Source of the DNA: Selaginella moellendorffii
Taxonomy: Eukaryota > Plantae > Lycopodiophyta
NCBI RefSeq assembly: GCF_000143415.4
Contig: NW_003314285.1
Span: 1,623,471-1,687,470 of the forward strand
Direction: 5' to 3'
DNA length: 64,000 nucleotides
Numbering within the stretch: the first letter of the stretch is position 1; every line of letters begins with the position of its first letter. This document shows, in pieces, positions 1-13,416 of this stretch. The notes beneath the pieces are model-generated. The model was not told the origin of the DNA. It searched no databases and saw only the letters and a program-made list of their open reading frames with translations. A program made the position numbers and the translations under genes.

Positions 1-440
1 TAGGATATGCAATTGCACATATATTTATATTGGAGACAATAAAATTTTTTTGGTGCATTAAACCATACTATTTTTAAAATGGATATACTTTTATATATAA
101 TACAATTATATTTATATTATAGAGATAAAAATGGCTTATATGATTTTAAGAAATAATAGAGAAAATAAAAATATAAGTTTTTCTAAAATAACATAAATTT
201 TACACTTACATTAAGCTTAAAAATTGTAAGGTTTGAAGAAATTTTGAGCAAGCTCCAAAATTTATTTTCAGTACCTGTTTTATAAAAAGGAAAAACAAAG
301 TTTGTTATTGCATATTATGTGATGGAATTCTTGACATTACGGTTCAAATTAAAGATTTACATATATCTAAAAACGAAAGTATATCTTTATTAGAAAGAAA
401 ATTTATTATAATTATAATTGATTTAGAAATCAATTCTATA

Positions 441-815
441 AGTAATCCTTCAACACTTTATACAGATCAATTTTTAATTTCTTCAAATGGTAAAGTTGTT
501 TTTATTCTTGAATCACATTGCAACCTTGTTTTGTAGTTTGAAAGAAATAAAATTTGGGAATCATGTACTACACAATATGGTTATAATTGTATGTTGCAAT
601 TTCAAAAAAATGGTAATCTTATTTTAAATCTAATAAAGAAAACAGTATGGGAAATTCATCAATTTTGTAAATTCCTTAGTTGCACTATATTTTTTACTAT
701 TCAAGACTAAGTTCGAGACCGAGTCTAAAATGGAGTTCAGGACCGAGTCCAAGATCAATGATTGTAATGTAGTTATATACTCTGAAAAACATTCTAACAA
801 CGTTTGCTGGGCATG
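441..815 (+). pseudogene. Bulb-type (GNA-like, mannose-binding) lectin domain, disrupted
   Basis: Manual translation: STLYTDQFLISSNGKVVFILESHCNLVL*FERNKIWES...CMLQFQKNGNLIL...TVWE...TIQ[~52 bp insert]NDCNVVIYSE...CWA*. This gives three subdomains with QxDxNxVxY-like motifs, an in-frame TAG and an insertion. Not in the ORF track. Confidence 0.75.
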
Positions 816-899
816 AGGTAGTGATAAGTTATGTTCTCATTGACATGTCTAAAATAAATTATCATACAACATCTCTTTAAAGCAAAAGAGTTTCTAAAA

Positions 900-2687
900 C
901 TCCACGTTTTGACCAATTAAATTTGCAAGCAAAGGATAAGCTTGAGGAGCTTCACCCCCAGGACAAAGGTCGAACACATTCTTTGCTGCATTAGTTCCAA
1001 ATGTAACATGGCTGTGACTCTTGCAAGCTCCAAGAAAACACGTCCACTCTAAATATCCGGCTCATATTAGCAATTAAATCCTCTGCATTAACCAAATAGC
1101 TAGCACGTCCCAAAAGATCAACAATACAACAAAAGTGCTGCTGGTTGGGTCTGACATTAAAGTCAGCTTGCATCGACAAAAACCAGTAGTGACCTGTGTG
1201 GGTTTTTCCAACATGGCTACAAGCGAGAAGAGCAGATAAAAAACATATGTCATTGGGTATAGACATGAGTTTCATGGCATCAAAAAGATCAATAGCCTCT
1301 TTAGAGTGACCATTATGGGCATATGCAGACAACATTGCACTCCACACTAAATCTTGCTCTGGGGCTCTCTCAAATAGCAACTTACAGTATAAAAGGTGCC
1401 CGTTTTGGGCATGTGCTGAAAGAAAGGCGCTCCATGCAACAAAGTCCTTCTTTGGCATTTGGTAGAACACACTAGTAGCCTCCTGAATAAAGCCATTTTG
1501 TGAAAAACCAGAGAGAAGAGCAGTCCAGGAAAATAGGTCCCTTTGTGGCATTCTATCAAACATGAATTTGGCAAGCTCTAGATTCCGGTTTTGGGCATAT
1601 CCAGAAAGCATAGTGTTACAAGAAATAAGATCCTCCTCCGGCATCGTCTCAAACATATCCTTCGGTTTTTCCATAAGGCCATAGTGTGTGTATGCAGCCA
1701 AAACAATATTCCAAGTATAAAAGCTATGCTGAGGCATGTTATTATACAATGAATTTACGGAATCAAGATCACGGCTTGCAATAGCCGTTGAAAGCATTGC
1801 ATTCCAAGAGACAAAGTTACGCTCTGGCATCTTCTCAAACATTCTCTTTGTTTTCTCATAAGAGTCGTTTTGAGAAGAGGCTGTCAGCCGGGCATTGAAG
1901 GCAACCAAATCCCATACGGGCATGGCCTTAAAAGTCAGCTCAGCCTTTTCAAAATGCCGGTCAATTGAATATGCGGTCAGCACCGAAGTCCAAGAAACTA
2001 GATTCCACAGTGGCATTTGATTGAACACAATTTGCAGGCCAGTAATGTGTCGAGCTTGTGCCAAAGCCGAAAGCAAAGCATTCCAAGTCACCAAATTTTT
2101 TTCCGGCATCTGATTAAACAGGTGGTATGCGTTTTCAAGATGCCCGTTTTCGGCATATGCCGTAAGCATGGCACATTCCATGTGACAAGATTAACTTGCG
2201 GCATTTGGTCAAAGAGTATCTCAGCGCTGCTTAAGTGTCCGTGTTGAGCAAGCCCACTTATCATGGTGTTCCATGCTACTATGTCTTTAAAAGGCATACT
2301 TTCAAACAGCCGTTTTGCTTCAACAAGATGCCCTTTTTGGGCATGTGCCACGAGTATTGCAGTCCAGGCAATGAGGCTCTGTTCCGGCATTAGATCAAAA
2401 AAGAAAACCCTTGCTTGGGTCAGGCAAGAGTTTTTCGTATACGCCAGGAGCATTGCATCCCACGAGAAGGGATCCCTCTTGTCCATCGCATAGAAGACAC
2501 TCTCGGCATCTTGCACTCCACCACACCTGCCAAACATCTCAATGAGCTTGTTGGAGATAAACACAGTGCCGGCACAGTCAAGACGAGCTCGAATCTGCCG
2601 AGCAAAAGAAAGTGTCTTGCAAGAATCGATAAGCCTGAGGCAATCATCCATGCAAAAAGGAGGTCTTGGACTTGAGTGATCATGCAA
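900..2687 (-). pseudogene. PLS-class PPR protein (E subgroup), frameshifted
   Basis: ORFs 2088-2687 and 991-2181 contain tandem PPR motifs (FDxMPxxxxxWxAML) and LLACSHVG...HFCCIVDLLGRA. Frame breaks occur near 2175 and near 1060 (WTCFLGACKSH lies in another frame). Confidence 0.85.
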
Positions 2688-2931
2688 TTTCTTGAGAAGC
2701 TTTCTAAAGAAGCAAAGTTTAAGATTGCATCAAGAGTGGAGATGGTTTGTGATGGTAGCTTTCCTTGCATTCCAAGGAATGGAGGATGATTGCGCTAGAG
2801 GATAATGCAGCATCATCGAAACCAGACAAGGGGTTTCTCTCCTTATTTTTCTCTTTAGAGTCTTTATGTTCTTAAGCTTGATCTTTCCATGATCTTCTTG
2901 TTTCTTTTCCAGGAAGTCTAGAAGGCGAACG

Positions 2932-5900
2932 ATGATCCCTTTCTCGCTCCTGGTACTCACTTTGCTGCCGCTCCTCTGCCCGCTTGGCCATGGAAAGATG
3001 TGCACCAACACTGGGGTTTCACACACCTTGCGGGCTCAGCTCCTCGCCGCATTCGATTCCGGCCTGGAGCTCACGTCGACCGCCAGCAGCTGGAACACCA
3101 CCACCGCCACAGGTTCGCTAGAATTTTCCAGGAGGAGAGTCCTCCAGCAGCAGCAAAACAATTCCTTTCTTGGGGCTGTTTCACTGCACGACGTGAGGCT
3201 TTTGCCGGACTCGTGGCAGGCAATTGCGCAGCAAACCAATCTCGACTACTTGCTCATGCTCGATGTGGACAACTTGGTGTATAGTTTTAGAACCACTGCT
3301 GGGTTGAACGCCTCGGGATCAGCCTATGGAGGATGGGAGCTTCCGACCTCAGAGCTCCGGGGTCATTTCGTGGGTATGTGTGAGACGATTCTTTCCTCGG
3401 TGATCTTAAGTTTCCACCTGCAGGGCATTATCTCAGTGCGAGTGCAATGACTTGGGCCTCCACTCACAACCTCACCATCTACGAAAACATGAACGCTGTC
3501 GTAGCAGCTTTGGCCGAGTGCCAGGCAAAGATTGGAACTGGATACTTGTCTGCTTTTCCAACCAGCTTGTTTGATCGTTTCGAAGCTCTGGAGTCTGTTT
3601 GGGCACCATACTACACAATTCACAAGGTATAGAGCTTTCTTGTTTTTTTTTTTTTTTCTTTTCTTGAACGTCCAACGTAGTCCTGTTTTTTTGTTCCCTT
3701 GAAAGATTATGGCAGGACTTTTGGATCAGTATACGTATGCCGCGAACAGTCTTGCATTCGAGATGCTGTTAGGCATGACTGATTACTTTGGGAGCCGCGT
3801 TGAGATGGTCATTGAGAAGTATAGCATCGAGAGACACTGGCAATCACTAAACGAGGAGACTGGCGGGATGAACGATGTCTTGTATCGTATCTATCAAATT
3901 ACGGTAAGCTCTTCACAGCTTGGCTTGGTTGATCCTGACGAAAAAACCATTCTCAGGGAGATGCGAAACACTTAAAGTTGGCACACTTGTTTGATAAACC
4001 ATGTTTCCTAGGATTGTTGGCTGTTCGGGTAATTCTTCTGTTTTCTTCTCTTTTATTTCTTGCATTTTTCTTGCCTTCTTTTTTTTCTGGTAATTTTTCC
4101 AGGCTGATAGCATATCGGGCTTTCATGCCAACACTCACATACCCATCGTGATTGGTGCCCAATTGCGGTACGAAGTTGTGGGTGATAAGCTTTATAAGGT
4201 CCAGCTTTTAATCCAGTTGTAAGCATGAGAGTTAGCGAGTTTTTTTTCAGGATTTAAGCGAATATTTCATGAAAATCGTGAGCTCCTCCCATACATATGC
4301 TACGGGGGGGACGTCTTCCGGCGAATTCTGGTAAGGATTTATCAAGTAAGCTCAATCTGAGATCTGGGCCTGTTTATAATTCAGGTCCAATCCAAATAGA
4401 CTTGGAGACACTCTGGGAACCGAAAACGAAGAATCTTGTACAACTTACAACATGCTCAAGGTTTCCATTAGGAAGTCTTTTCTCTTTTTTACTTTTATCC
4501 TCACATGCTGTTTGCTGCTTTAGGTGGCACGAAATCTCTTCCGCTGGACAAAGCAAATGCATTATGCTGATTTCTACGAGAGAGCGTTAATCAACGGGGT
4601 TCTCACAATTCAACGAGGAAAAGAGCCTGGAGTTATGATCTACATGCTTCCTCTCGCCCCTGGAAGCTCCAAAGCGAAGTCCTATCATGGTTGGGGAACA
4701 CCATTCACGTCTTTCTGGTGCTGCTATGGAACCGGTATGTTCTTCTCTTCTCCTTCTTATGTCCAAAACTTGCACATTTTTGTAGCAATCGAGTCTTTTT
4801 CCAAGCTTGGAGACTCCATTTACTTCACAAATGAAGTACAAGACACTCCACAGCTATACGTGATCCAATATTTGTCGTCTAAAGTTTTGTGGACTGCTGC
4901 TGGTCTCAGCTTAGATCAACGGGTTTATCATATGACCTCGACTGATCCTGTGATGACGGTCACATTCAATTTCACACAGGTGAGGCTAAAATTTTCTCCT
5001 CTGCCCGGTTTTGTTGAAGTGAAACTTGCAGAAGCTTGTGCTTGGAAAAACTAGCGAAGCAAAGTTGTCCGTTCGGGTGCCTTACTGGGCTCAATCCTCC
5101 AGGTGCCTTCTCAACGGACTTGAGCTTCAAAACTTAACACCAGGTACGGGTTCTTTCGTTTCCTGGCATATAGCATGGATTGGATTCTCTAAAGCTCGAT
5201 TCTCACAGGAACGTTCTTCGATGTGTCACGAGAATGGAAGACCGGAGATAAATTATCCTTTACCTTCTCGGCCATGCTAAGGCTCGAAAAGATCCAAGGT
5301 AACGAATGGAAGCTCTCGATATAAGTTTTACACTCGCTTTTGAAAATGATCTAGATGAGCGCTCAAAGTACTCATCGCTCTACGCGATATACTACGGTCC
5401 TTACCTCCTGGCTGGGATGAGCGATGGCAATTATAAACTTGGATCCGTCAACGTATCGACTCCTTCGAGATGGATAAAACCGGTGCGTGACAGTAATCTG
5501 TTTAGCTTCACGCAACTCCAACAAGGAAAGCTCCAGTATCTAGCAGCAAGCAGCGATGGAGCTTTGTCCATGATCAGCAAGCCTCAACACGGCTCCGAAG
5601 AAGCTTCTCTGGCAACTTTCAGACTTAAGTTACTACCATCTCTGAAGACGATAGAGAAGATTCAAGTCAAGGATGTTACAAGCTTGCTGCTCGATCGGGA
5701 GGTATCTCTCGAGCTCTTGAATCGGCCGGGGAGGTTTGTCACTTATTTTGGGATTGAAGATGGTGTCAGGCTTACTAACGGCAAGAGCTCGGGTTTCCCC
5801 TCGAGTTCTTCGGTGTTTAAGCTACGTTCGGCGCTCTCTGGTCATCCGGGAGAAATTTCTTTCGAGGCCAGCGGCATCCAAGGTTGCTTCTTGGTTGCTC

Positions 5901-6091
5901 AAGGAAGGGATATCACTCTTGAGTGCGAAAGATTCAACAAGATGGCAGCCAGTTTCGGTGTGACCACGGGAAGAGCTTCGTATCATCCCATGAGTTTTGA
6001 GGCTTATGGTGGCAACGACACTTACCTGATGTTTCCACTCTCTTCCTACAGTGATGAAAAATACGCTGTGTACTTCGAAGTAACACCTTAA
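2932..6091 (+). CDS. Secreted non-reducing-end beta-L-arabinofuranosidase-like glycoside hydrolase (GH127/GH146, DUF1680) with C-terminal AbfB-like region; multi-exon
   Basis: Signal peptide; motifs YGGWE..SELRGHFVGHYLSA, WAPYYTIHK, SLNEETGGMND, HANTHIP, EESCTTYNMLK, FWCCYGTG.ESFSKLGDSIY; short GT-AG introns. Confidence 0.93.
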
Positions 6092-6286
6092 AAGAGTGAC
6101 TTGGTAATAATCATTAACTATAAAATTAATGGATGTGAAAATAGAAGGATCTTTCAGCTTAAATGCACAATCTTAACTAAATTATGGCTAACCTCCAATA
6201 TTGCAAGGAAAAATACCTTTAGCTTGAACGAGGCAGTAATAAAAAATGTACTAACTTTTTAAGCAACGTTTAGGGTCTAGACAGCA

Positions 6287-8117
6287 ATGGACCCTCGCAT
6301 TACATCATCGTACGATACGATGGAATGCTCTGCCCGTGAGCTACTGCCTGCATTTCATTGTGTCACAATGAAATGCGATTCGTGCTACCGTATTATTTCG
6401 AGTTCTTGCTCATGTGCGTGGTTTTGAAAGAAATTATCTCTCTCTTTTTTTTGTTTTGCCGATTAAAAAAAACTTGACTTTCTCTTTTTTCTTGTTGCTC
6501 AGATGAAACAGCGATGGTCTGGAAAGACAGTCGTGGACATGTTTGCCGACGAATTCAGGCGAAGGCCGTATGAGTATTATGTGAGTTTTTCAAACCTGGC
6601 GTTTACTTGCAGGTTGATGCTGTTCGATCAGGCCGGATTTTGGTAGAGGATAGAAAATGTGATAACGAATTTAGAGTTCGAACAACAAAAAACCTGATCC
6701 ACTTCGTTCACAGGTGCTTCACAACACTTCTGAAGTTCTTTCATTGATCTCTAGTCTTATTGATATTCAGGCATGAGCCACCAGCTCTGGCCGAGAGTAT
6801 TGTAAATCTCCATGAGGGATCAGTGAGTGCCAAAAACTTCTACTGCTTGCAAGGAAGAAAACTTTGAGCAATTGTTCTTTAGGCCCATACTTGGGCAGTA
6901 CTGCAAGAACACTGTGGTTGGCATCCTGCAAGCAGAGCACAACATTGGACCTTTATTCCGTAAACTAGCTCTTTTCATGCAATTTTTCTTTCAACTCTTT
7001 TATTTTCTATCAGCTGTTCAAGCTTTCCTTTGCTTTTTAAATTTTGCTATGTCTCTATGTGATGCTTGAAGATCAAGAATGCATCATGATTAATCCCCAC
7101 AAAATAAAAAGATGGTGTTTACACAATTTGGCAACTGGTTTTGATTTTTCTCTCTTTATAACTCATAATTATATGTGTAGGTAAATTCCAAGAATGCTTG
7201 CTGAGAAAGTTGCTAAAATCGATTAGAAATAGAGATCAAGAGTGGTTTTTTACCTCTTTTTCTGGAAACACACTTAGCAATGTATACTTTGCAAAGTCTA
7301 CTTCTCACTCTCTTTCTCTCCTTACTGTTATAATGGCAAGAGGTTGATACTTTTAGTTCTTTTTATTGGTCTCCACCTAAACTAAATGAGGAATTAACCA
7401 GCACATGTGCACATAGACCAAAAAGGCACTACAAAAAGAAATCTTAAATTATCATTAAGTCAAACACATTTGATATGGTGATAAAAAATTCATGTTATTA
7501 GCTTGTATATAAGATTTTTCTGAAGTGGTGGTGAATGTTGCCCTTACAAACATGATGTTTACCTCCACAATGCTGCTCCCTTCCCATGCATCATAATAAA
7601 TGTTTCTTACAGCACTGTCAAGGTTTCCAAGTTTGTGAAGAACAGGATAACAAAGGAAAAGAAGCTTATACAAGGTTTGTGCATCTAAGCATGGATGGAG
7701 TTTCCAAATCATTGAATGCAGGAAGAACTCACCAGGCAAGCAAATTAAGCCTTAGTCTCTCAATTTGATTGCTAAGCTTTTTTCTCGCACATTCTAGATA
7801 TGCAGCACTTAAGACACCCCCATTGCCAACAACAAAATTTACCTTCATGAAAATCCTCCAAGAGGGGTGGAACAGCAGACTCGGCAGCAAGGAGTGACTA
7901 GCAACAGGCACAAGGTAAACAAGCAAGCTTTGATTTCTTTCCAATGACACCCTTCTGTTGATCAGATTCCATCAACGATGATCAAGAAGAACCAAATTTT
8001 GAGATAAATCCACTGTATACGCACTTGGGACTGTCAGGCTATGACAATGACTTCGATGGGCTATGGTTGCATTATGTGCAATATTCTTGTGAGGAGTATA
8101 CAAAGTTTAGTGGTTAA
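6287..8117 (+). pseudogene. RluA-family RNA pseudouridine synthase (plant 'pseudouridine synthase 7' type), degenerate copy 1
   Basis: Exon remnants PYYFEF, RWSGKTVVDMFADEFRRRPYEYY, VDAVRSGRILVE..HFVHRHEPP, GQYCKNTVVGILQAEH, GRTHQ, PIAN, DGLWLH. Contains stops, deletions and two inverted segments. Confidence 0.85.
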
Positions 8118-8694
8118 GGATAAGTAACTTTAGTAACTTTAGTAGAATAATATTAGAACATAATCATCTGTATCCTGATAATTAAAATATTAAAAAGAAC
8201 ATAATAAAGTACTGCATACCATACTAAACCTGTTAGACATTTTATATGTTGGTTCAACCAAATCAAGCAGCTCAGTGAATATACAGAAAATGTCATTATC
8301 ATCATTTTAACATCTTCATTATCCGATCTTGCCCATGTCCTTGCTATGAAACCATTTATTGAGCCATGGTCATTGACACTTTTAATTCCTTTTCAATCAT
8401 TCCCTCCCGATATAACTTCATGGCAGAGAGATCTCTATCATAGCTGGCATAGACAAAGTAAGGGAAGTGATCCCTTTAGATGAAATAAATATAAAAAATA
8501 AATATTATTAATAATAGATACTATTGTTAAAATAATTTATCATTTCAAAGCCATTTTCTATGAAGATATAATAAACTTTCATAGGCCCCTTGCTTGTTCC
8601 GGGAACATATACAGTTGCTATACACTTCTAAAATGTTGCCACGTGTCATAACCACATCCGTGTGAGGGCCAGTGACCATGCATATGCTTGCCTG

Positions 8695-8744
8695 TTGACT
8701 GTCAATAACGTTTGCACCCAGCTTGCCACGTTATTAACAGTCAA
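8695..8744. repeat. Stem-loop: 17-bp inverted repeat with 16-nt loop (second copy at 31249-31298)
   Basis: ttgactgtcaataacgt ... acgttattaacagtcaa, 16/17 complementary. Confidence 0.85.
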
Positions 8745-10032
8745 AGGCTCTCACTGCAGGTTAATCTATGATTTTTTGAGTAATGTATCAAAAACTTTAT
8801 TTTAAACTTATAAGCATATAGCTTTTCTTATTCTTAGCATTTAGTAAGTCCCATTTGCCAAGTCCGCTTTCTACTGCATCGTTACACTTTAAAATTTTAG
8901 CTCTTTAATATATAATTGCATTTAATACTTTAGCTATTTACTCAAACAGCATAAACATGTTAGTTACTAACACTGTAATAGTGAGGTAATCCTTTGGTTA
9001 AACTTCCAACATCACCAATCAAACACAAGACTTTTGAACTTGCTCTAAACTCTTTATACATTGTTTGTAATTGAGATTTATAGATTACATTAGTCTTAAG
9101 TGATAAGTATGCTAGTTTTTGCTTTGGGAGGATATGGATATACTATGGTATATCCATATGACTCTATACAAAACCTCAAACTGAGCATCATTGATTATTA
9201 TGAAGTTATTTGCCATCTAATAAGAATTGTAGTATAGAAATCATGTATTACTTTAATTTTGGGAGTGAGAGTTATTAGTAAACATATATTAGATCGGAAT
9301 TTAAATTTAAAAATAGTAACATATTATTTCTCACAGATAATCCATTTGAAACTATAATTATATAATATAATAGTTATTGAGACATCTTAAAATACATAAG
9401 TTCAGAATTGTAATAAATTATAATAATTTGCTATGTGTTGCATACAGTAATGCTTGGTTTTCTTAATAATAGTGTTATTCCTATTTATTAATCCAATTGA
9501 TAAAAATTTTATAATTATAAACATGTTTATAATTTATAAACACAAGATTAATCTTATTGAATATCAAGATGGTAGAATACTAGAGTATACTAGAAAGTGT
9601 TTACAAAAGCTTATAAATTGTAAACATCTTTATAAATTATAAATACAAGATTAATCTAAATGAATAACACTTAAGTGGTAGAATATCCTAAAATATCCAA
9701 GAATATTTTAGGTATATCCACTACCACCCCCTATAGCTTTGCTTAAGCAAACCAAAAAACATTATTCATTTGTATTTTGCTAACATATTACAAATGTTAA
9801 CACAATTTTAGGTATGTAGTATTCCTACTATTGTTTTATAGTGACAAAAAATACAAATTTGACATGTCAAAAATAGAGGAAATTTATAATTGTTGAACAA
9901 AATAATTCTTTTTGGAAGTATTAGTAATTATTGTCAGCTTTATATTATATAAAGATAAATTTATACTAAAAATTACATTAAATATCTTGAAATTACTAAG
10001 ATAGTTATATATTATTACTATATTTTTTATTC

Positions 10033-10465
10033 ATGGGTTTTAATACCTGGTTCTATCTTTTATTTTTATTTAATATATATATATCAGTGTAAGTATAATA
10101 TTTTGAAATTAATCATTAATTAATAACGTCTTTATATAGTAACAATCATTGAAGGAAAAGATAAATTTAATTGGGCTCCAGATATGAAATTTTCTCTTGC
10201 AAATTGTAATGTTTATAAAGCAAATGTTATTTTATGGAGAAAAGGTAATGAATTTGCTTACTTTGATTATGATACACTATCACCAGAAAAGTGCTCTAAA
10301 GTAATAAATAATGTACCATTTGATGGTGTATCTTTTATTGATAATGGTCATTTTAAAACTAAAAGTTGGTATGGATGGCAAAATTGGGCATTTGATGGTC
10401 ATTATTCACATGATAGTCATGATGAAGTAATATGGACAATTGAAACAGTTAAATCTTGTATTTAG
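10033..10465 (+). pseudogene. Small secreted protein A, copy 1 (frameshifted exon 1, 3' deletion)
   Basis: Homologous to 25617-26021. The exon-1 (AT)n tract is 4 nt longer, and ~90 bp is deleted near 10431. Confidence 0.7.
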
Positions 10466-10859
10466 TTTTGATAAATTCATAGTTAAGAAGCAATAAATTA
10501 TAGAAAACATCCAATATTGAATGAGACAAAGATATATAAAGATCTATATTAAAAACTAAACATGTATTTGTACTTTTTTGGTTTTTTCTATTTGTAATTT
10601 TATCAGTATTAATTCTTGACATATAATGATTTTGTTTATAAATTTATATAAAACTTTTATGAATAATACCAACATATTGTTTATTATAACAACCACATTC
10701 ATGATGTTGTTTCCAGTTTTTTAAAAATATAGACATTTAGAATTTACCACAAGAGTGCAGTGATTGATTTGTATTGGAAGAAATACCAAAATTTTACAAT
10801 TTTTTAAAATTTAAAAACAATATTAGTTGTTATATATATCTCACTTCTATTGAACTTTG

Positions 10860-11790
10860 ACATGTGGACCAAATTTGTGAGATATTAATTGTTTTGACTA
10901 AGTGTAGCACATGTGATCATAAGATGAAATTTAGATATATTGTCATTGTGGATTCTTGGAAGTATAGAAGATATATAGGGATTAAATATCCATTAAAAGC
11001 TTTCACATTAAATAATTGCCCCTTTTCCAGATAGGTTAAGGGGAGAGGATAAGTTTTGGCAAATGATTTTTGAGAAGTTAGAGATAAGTTGTGTATAACT
11101 AGTGGCAAACATCCATAATCAAATGGAAAAATAAAAATTGTAAACTAGCTATTGGAATATATGCTAAAGTCTTTTATGGAAAACTTGACTCAATATTAAG
11201 AGTATGGGAGAATCACTTGCCTTTACTCTAGATTGCTCATAATGACACTCATCAATTGGATATTTACATGTTTCTATTCATAGTCATGTATAGTTATAAG
11301 TCCAAGTCTCTCATGACTTTAAGTTTAGTTTTAGTTTGAGTGCTTCATACTTGTGATTTTTTTGAGGATATGAAAGTGGCAAAGTTGAATATAAGACAAG
11401 TTCAAGAATGAAACAAGAAATTGGCTAATGCACATCATCATTATCAGAAATACAAAGTTGGTGAAAAAGTTTTCCTTAAACTATTAAATGCATAACAATA
11501 TCTAAAATGGTAGTGCTAAATTGTCTCCACAATATTGTATTTTATTATCTTCAATTTTGTTGCATATGCAGCATTTTATGTAAACAAGTTTATACTCTAT
11601 GTGATGTTGTGAATTTTAGGTTCCAAAGATAATAAAGTTGATCTAACTAATATTCTTGTTTAAATGTTAGTGAAACAAATTGCAAGACAATTTAGGAGTT
11701 GTTAGTTTGGTGGAATGGTTATTCTATAGATGAGGTTATATGCGAAATTGGGGATGATGTGAAAAGAGCGTTTTTAAGTTTTAGATATGA
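10860..11790 (+). mobile_element. Degenerate Ty3/gypsy (chromovirus-like) integrase-chromodomain remnant; copies at ~26645-27570 and ~33478-34410
   Basis: Remnants resembling HPQTDGQTEIVNQLLEYMLRSF (11110-11180) and chromodomain LVWWNGYSIDEV.(W)E (11702-11745); many stops. Confidence 0.65.
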
Positions 11791-12241
11791 CTTCAATGAC
11801 ATTCTCAAAAGCATGTAATGTGCAACAAATTATTATCTTATATGTACAAGTTTAATCATCATCAAACTATCGTATCAAAACTTATAAGATATTTTAAATT
11901 CCTCCTCTCTAACCTTTTTTGTTGGAAACTAACCCAAAGAAGACCAGATATTGCTGCTAGGAAAGTATAATAAATTATTTCTCTCACAATGAAACTAATG
12001 AATTTAATTATAATATCTCTAACTATCTTATATAAAAATTATTTTGGAAATATGTTTTCTTCAAACTATACTACCACTTAATATTGTTTTTTTATTTTAT
12101 GTCATAAGTCATGTTTCATTATCATATTTTTAATATATGTTTTATTATGTATTTTAAACACTACACTCTGGATTATATGCTTTTATTAATTTTTATTTTA
12201 AATTTCTAGCTAATAATATATTCTAATAATATTAATGTTAT

Positions 12242-12684
12242 TTATAAAGATGAACATTCTTTTGTTATTTTAATTTTATCAAAAATTTTTAATAACTTTC
12301 TCTTCGTTCAATCTGAACACTAACTGATAAACTTCCATCATTCAAATAAACAAAACCACCCATCTGACGTAGCACTGCTATACATCTAATTCATATGAAA
12401 TTAAAAGCTTGTTCTAGATCTTGTTGAATTGATTACATAGAATTAACAGTAATTGTGACATGTATTCCTCCTCCTAAGGCAGTATATTCTCCATTTTCCC
12501 AAAAATTATTAAAGTACCTAACTTTACACAGATTTGTTACATGACAATATGCTTGGGGAGAAGGTGGATCTTGTGTACCAATTGATATACAATCTTGAGT
12601 TGCTTCACTTAGCAAATACCCACCAACTAAAAGAAAATATATTAAAAATGAATAAAGGAAAACAACTACAACAAACTCTGTCAG
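12242..12684 (-). pseudogene. Small secreted protein B, copy 1
   Basis: Homologous to 34883-35335. CTG stands at the start position, and a 9-bp deletion near 12433 creates TAA. Confidence 0.7.
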
Positions 12685-12989
12685 TCTCTAAGTATGAAAT
12701 GGTTTATATCTTCTTTATAAAGGCTTTTGAAATAGCATTAAAATAGGATATGCTTAGTTATTACAACTTTTAAAAATAATGCTATAGTAAAAAAAAGACA
12801 AACCCAATAATTCTGGGTTCTAGAACAAGACACAATAGAGCATGCTTGGGGCCAACTTCCATAGCAATCAGTATTCTTTTATTTAACGAAAAGATCAAGA
12901 ATTATTAATTTTATCAAAATCAAAAGAGTGTAGCAATAAAGTAAAGATAAACCCCAAATCGAATTGATGTGAGCCCTAGCGCGGGAGCA

Positions 12990-13406
12990 ATGGCGGGGCT
13001 AGTGGCAGCGGGAGCGGCAGCAGCAGCGGCGGTGGCGTTTGCATTTCTTACATTTGGCAGGAGGAAGAAACTGGCTATCCCATCGCTGGCGGGCAAGCAC
13101 GTCTTTATCACAGGAGCTTCCAGCAGCATTGGGCTCGCCATTGCCAAGCAGGCCCTCCTCCAAGGGGCATTTGTTACCATCTCGGCCAGGAACCAGCTCA
13201 AGCTCGACAAGGTGGCTCAATCTCTTGTGAGTGAAGTGCACTGCAACAGCCCATCAAAGTTTTGGTATGTATACATACATCTTTTTCTGCCTTGATCGTC
13301 CATTGTTCTGATAGCTTTTTGTTTTGCTGTTTTGCTGTTTGTTTCTTGTTTCTTTTGTCTTGTTTTCTTCTGTTTGTCCTTTGGATTGCTTTCTTTATTC
13401 GTTCTT
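12990..13406 (+). pseudogene. TSC10: 3-ketodihydrosphingosine reductase, copy 1 (exon 1 only, truncated at Helitron)
   Basis: [19 protein letters not shown] (Rossmann G mutated to S). Intron 1 joins Helitron sequence at ~13407-13417. Confidence 0.85.
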
Positions 13407-13416
13407 CTATATTCTC

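Noticed and set aside
705-756. Short direct repeats superficially like a CRISPR array
   Set aside because: Only two imperfect adjacent units, no spacers or cas genes, and a eukaryotic context.
7455-7739. Minus-strand ORF containing IYYDAWEGSSIVE
   Set aside because: Produced by the 61-bp micro-inversion of a plus-strand pseudouridine synthase exon; not a gene.
8200-8690. Possible minus-strand coding remnant (DHFPYFVYASYDRE, PWLNKWFHSKDMG)
   Set aside because: Many stops and no family I can identify.
9454-9642. Short AT-rich ORFs (also 25041-25229 and 12534-12746)
   Set aside because: Non-ATG starts, low complexity, or antisense to gene B; conserved only because of the segmental duplication.
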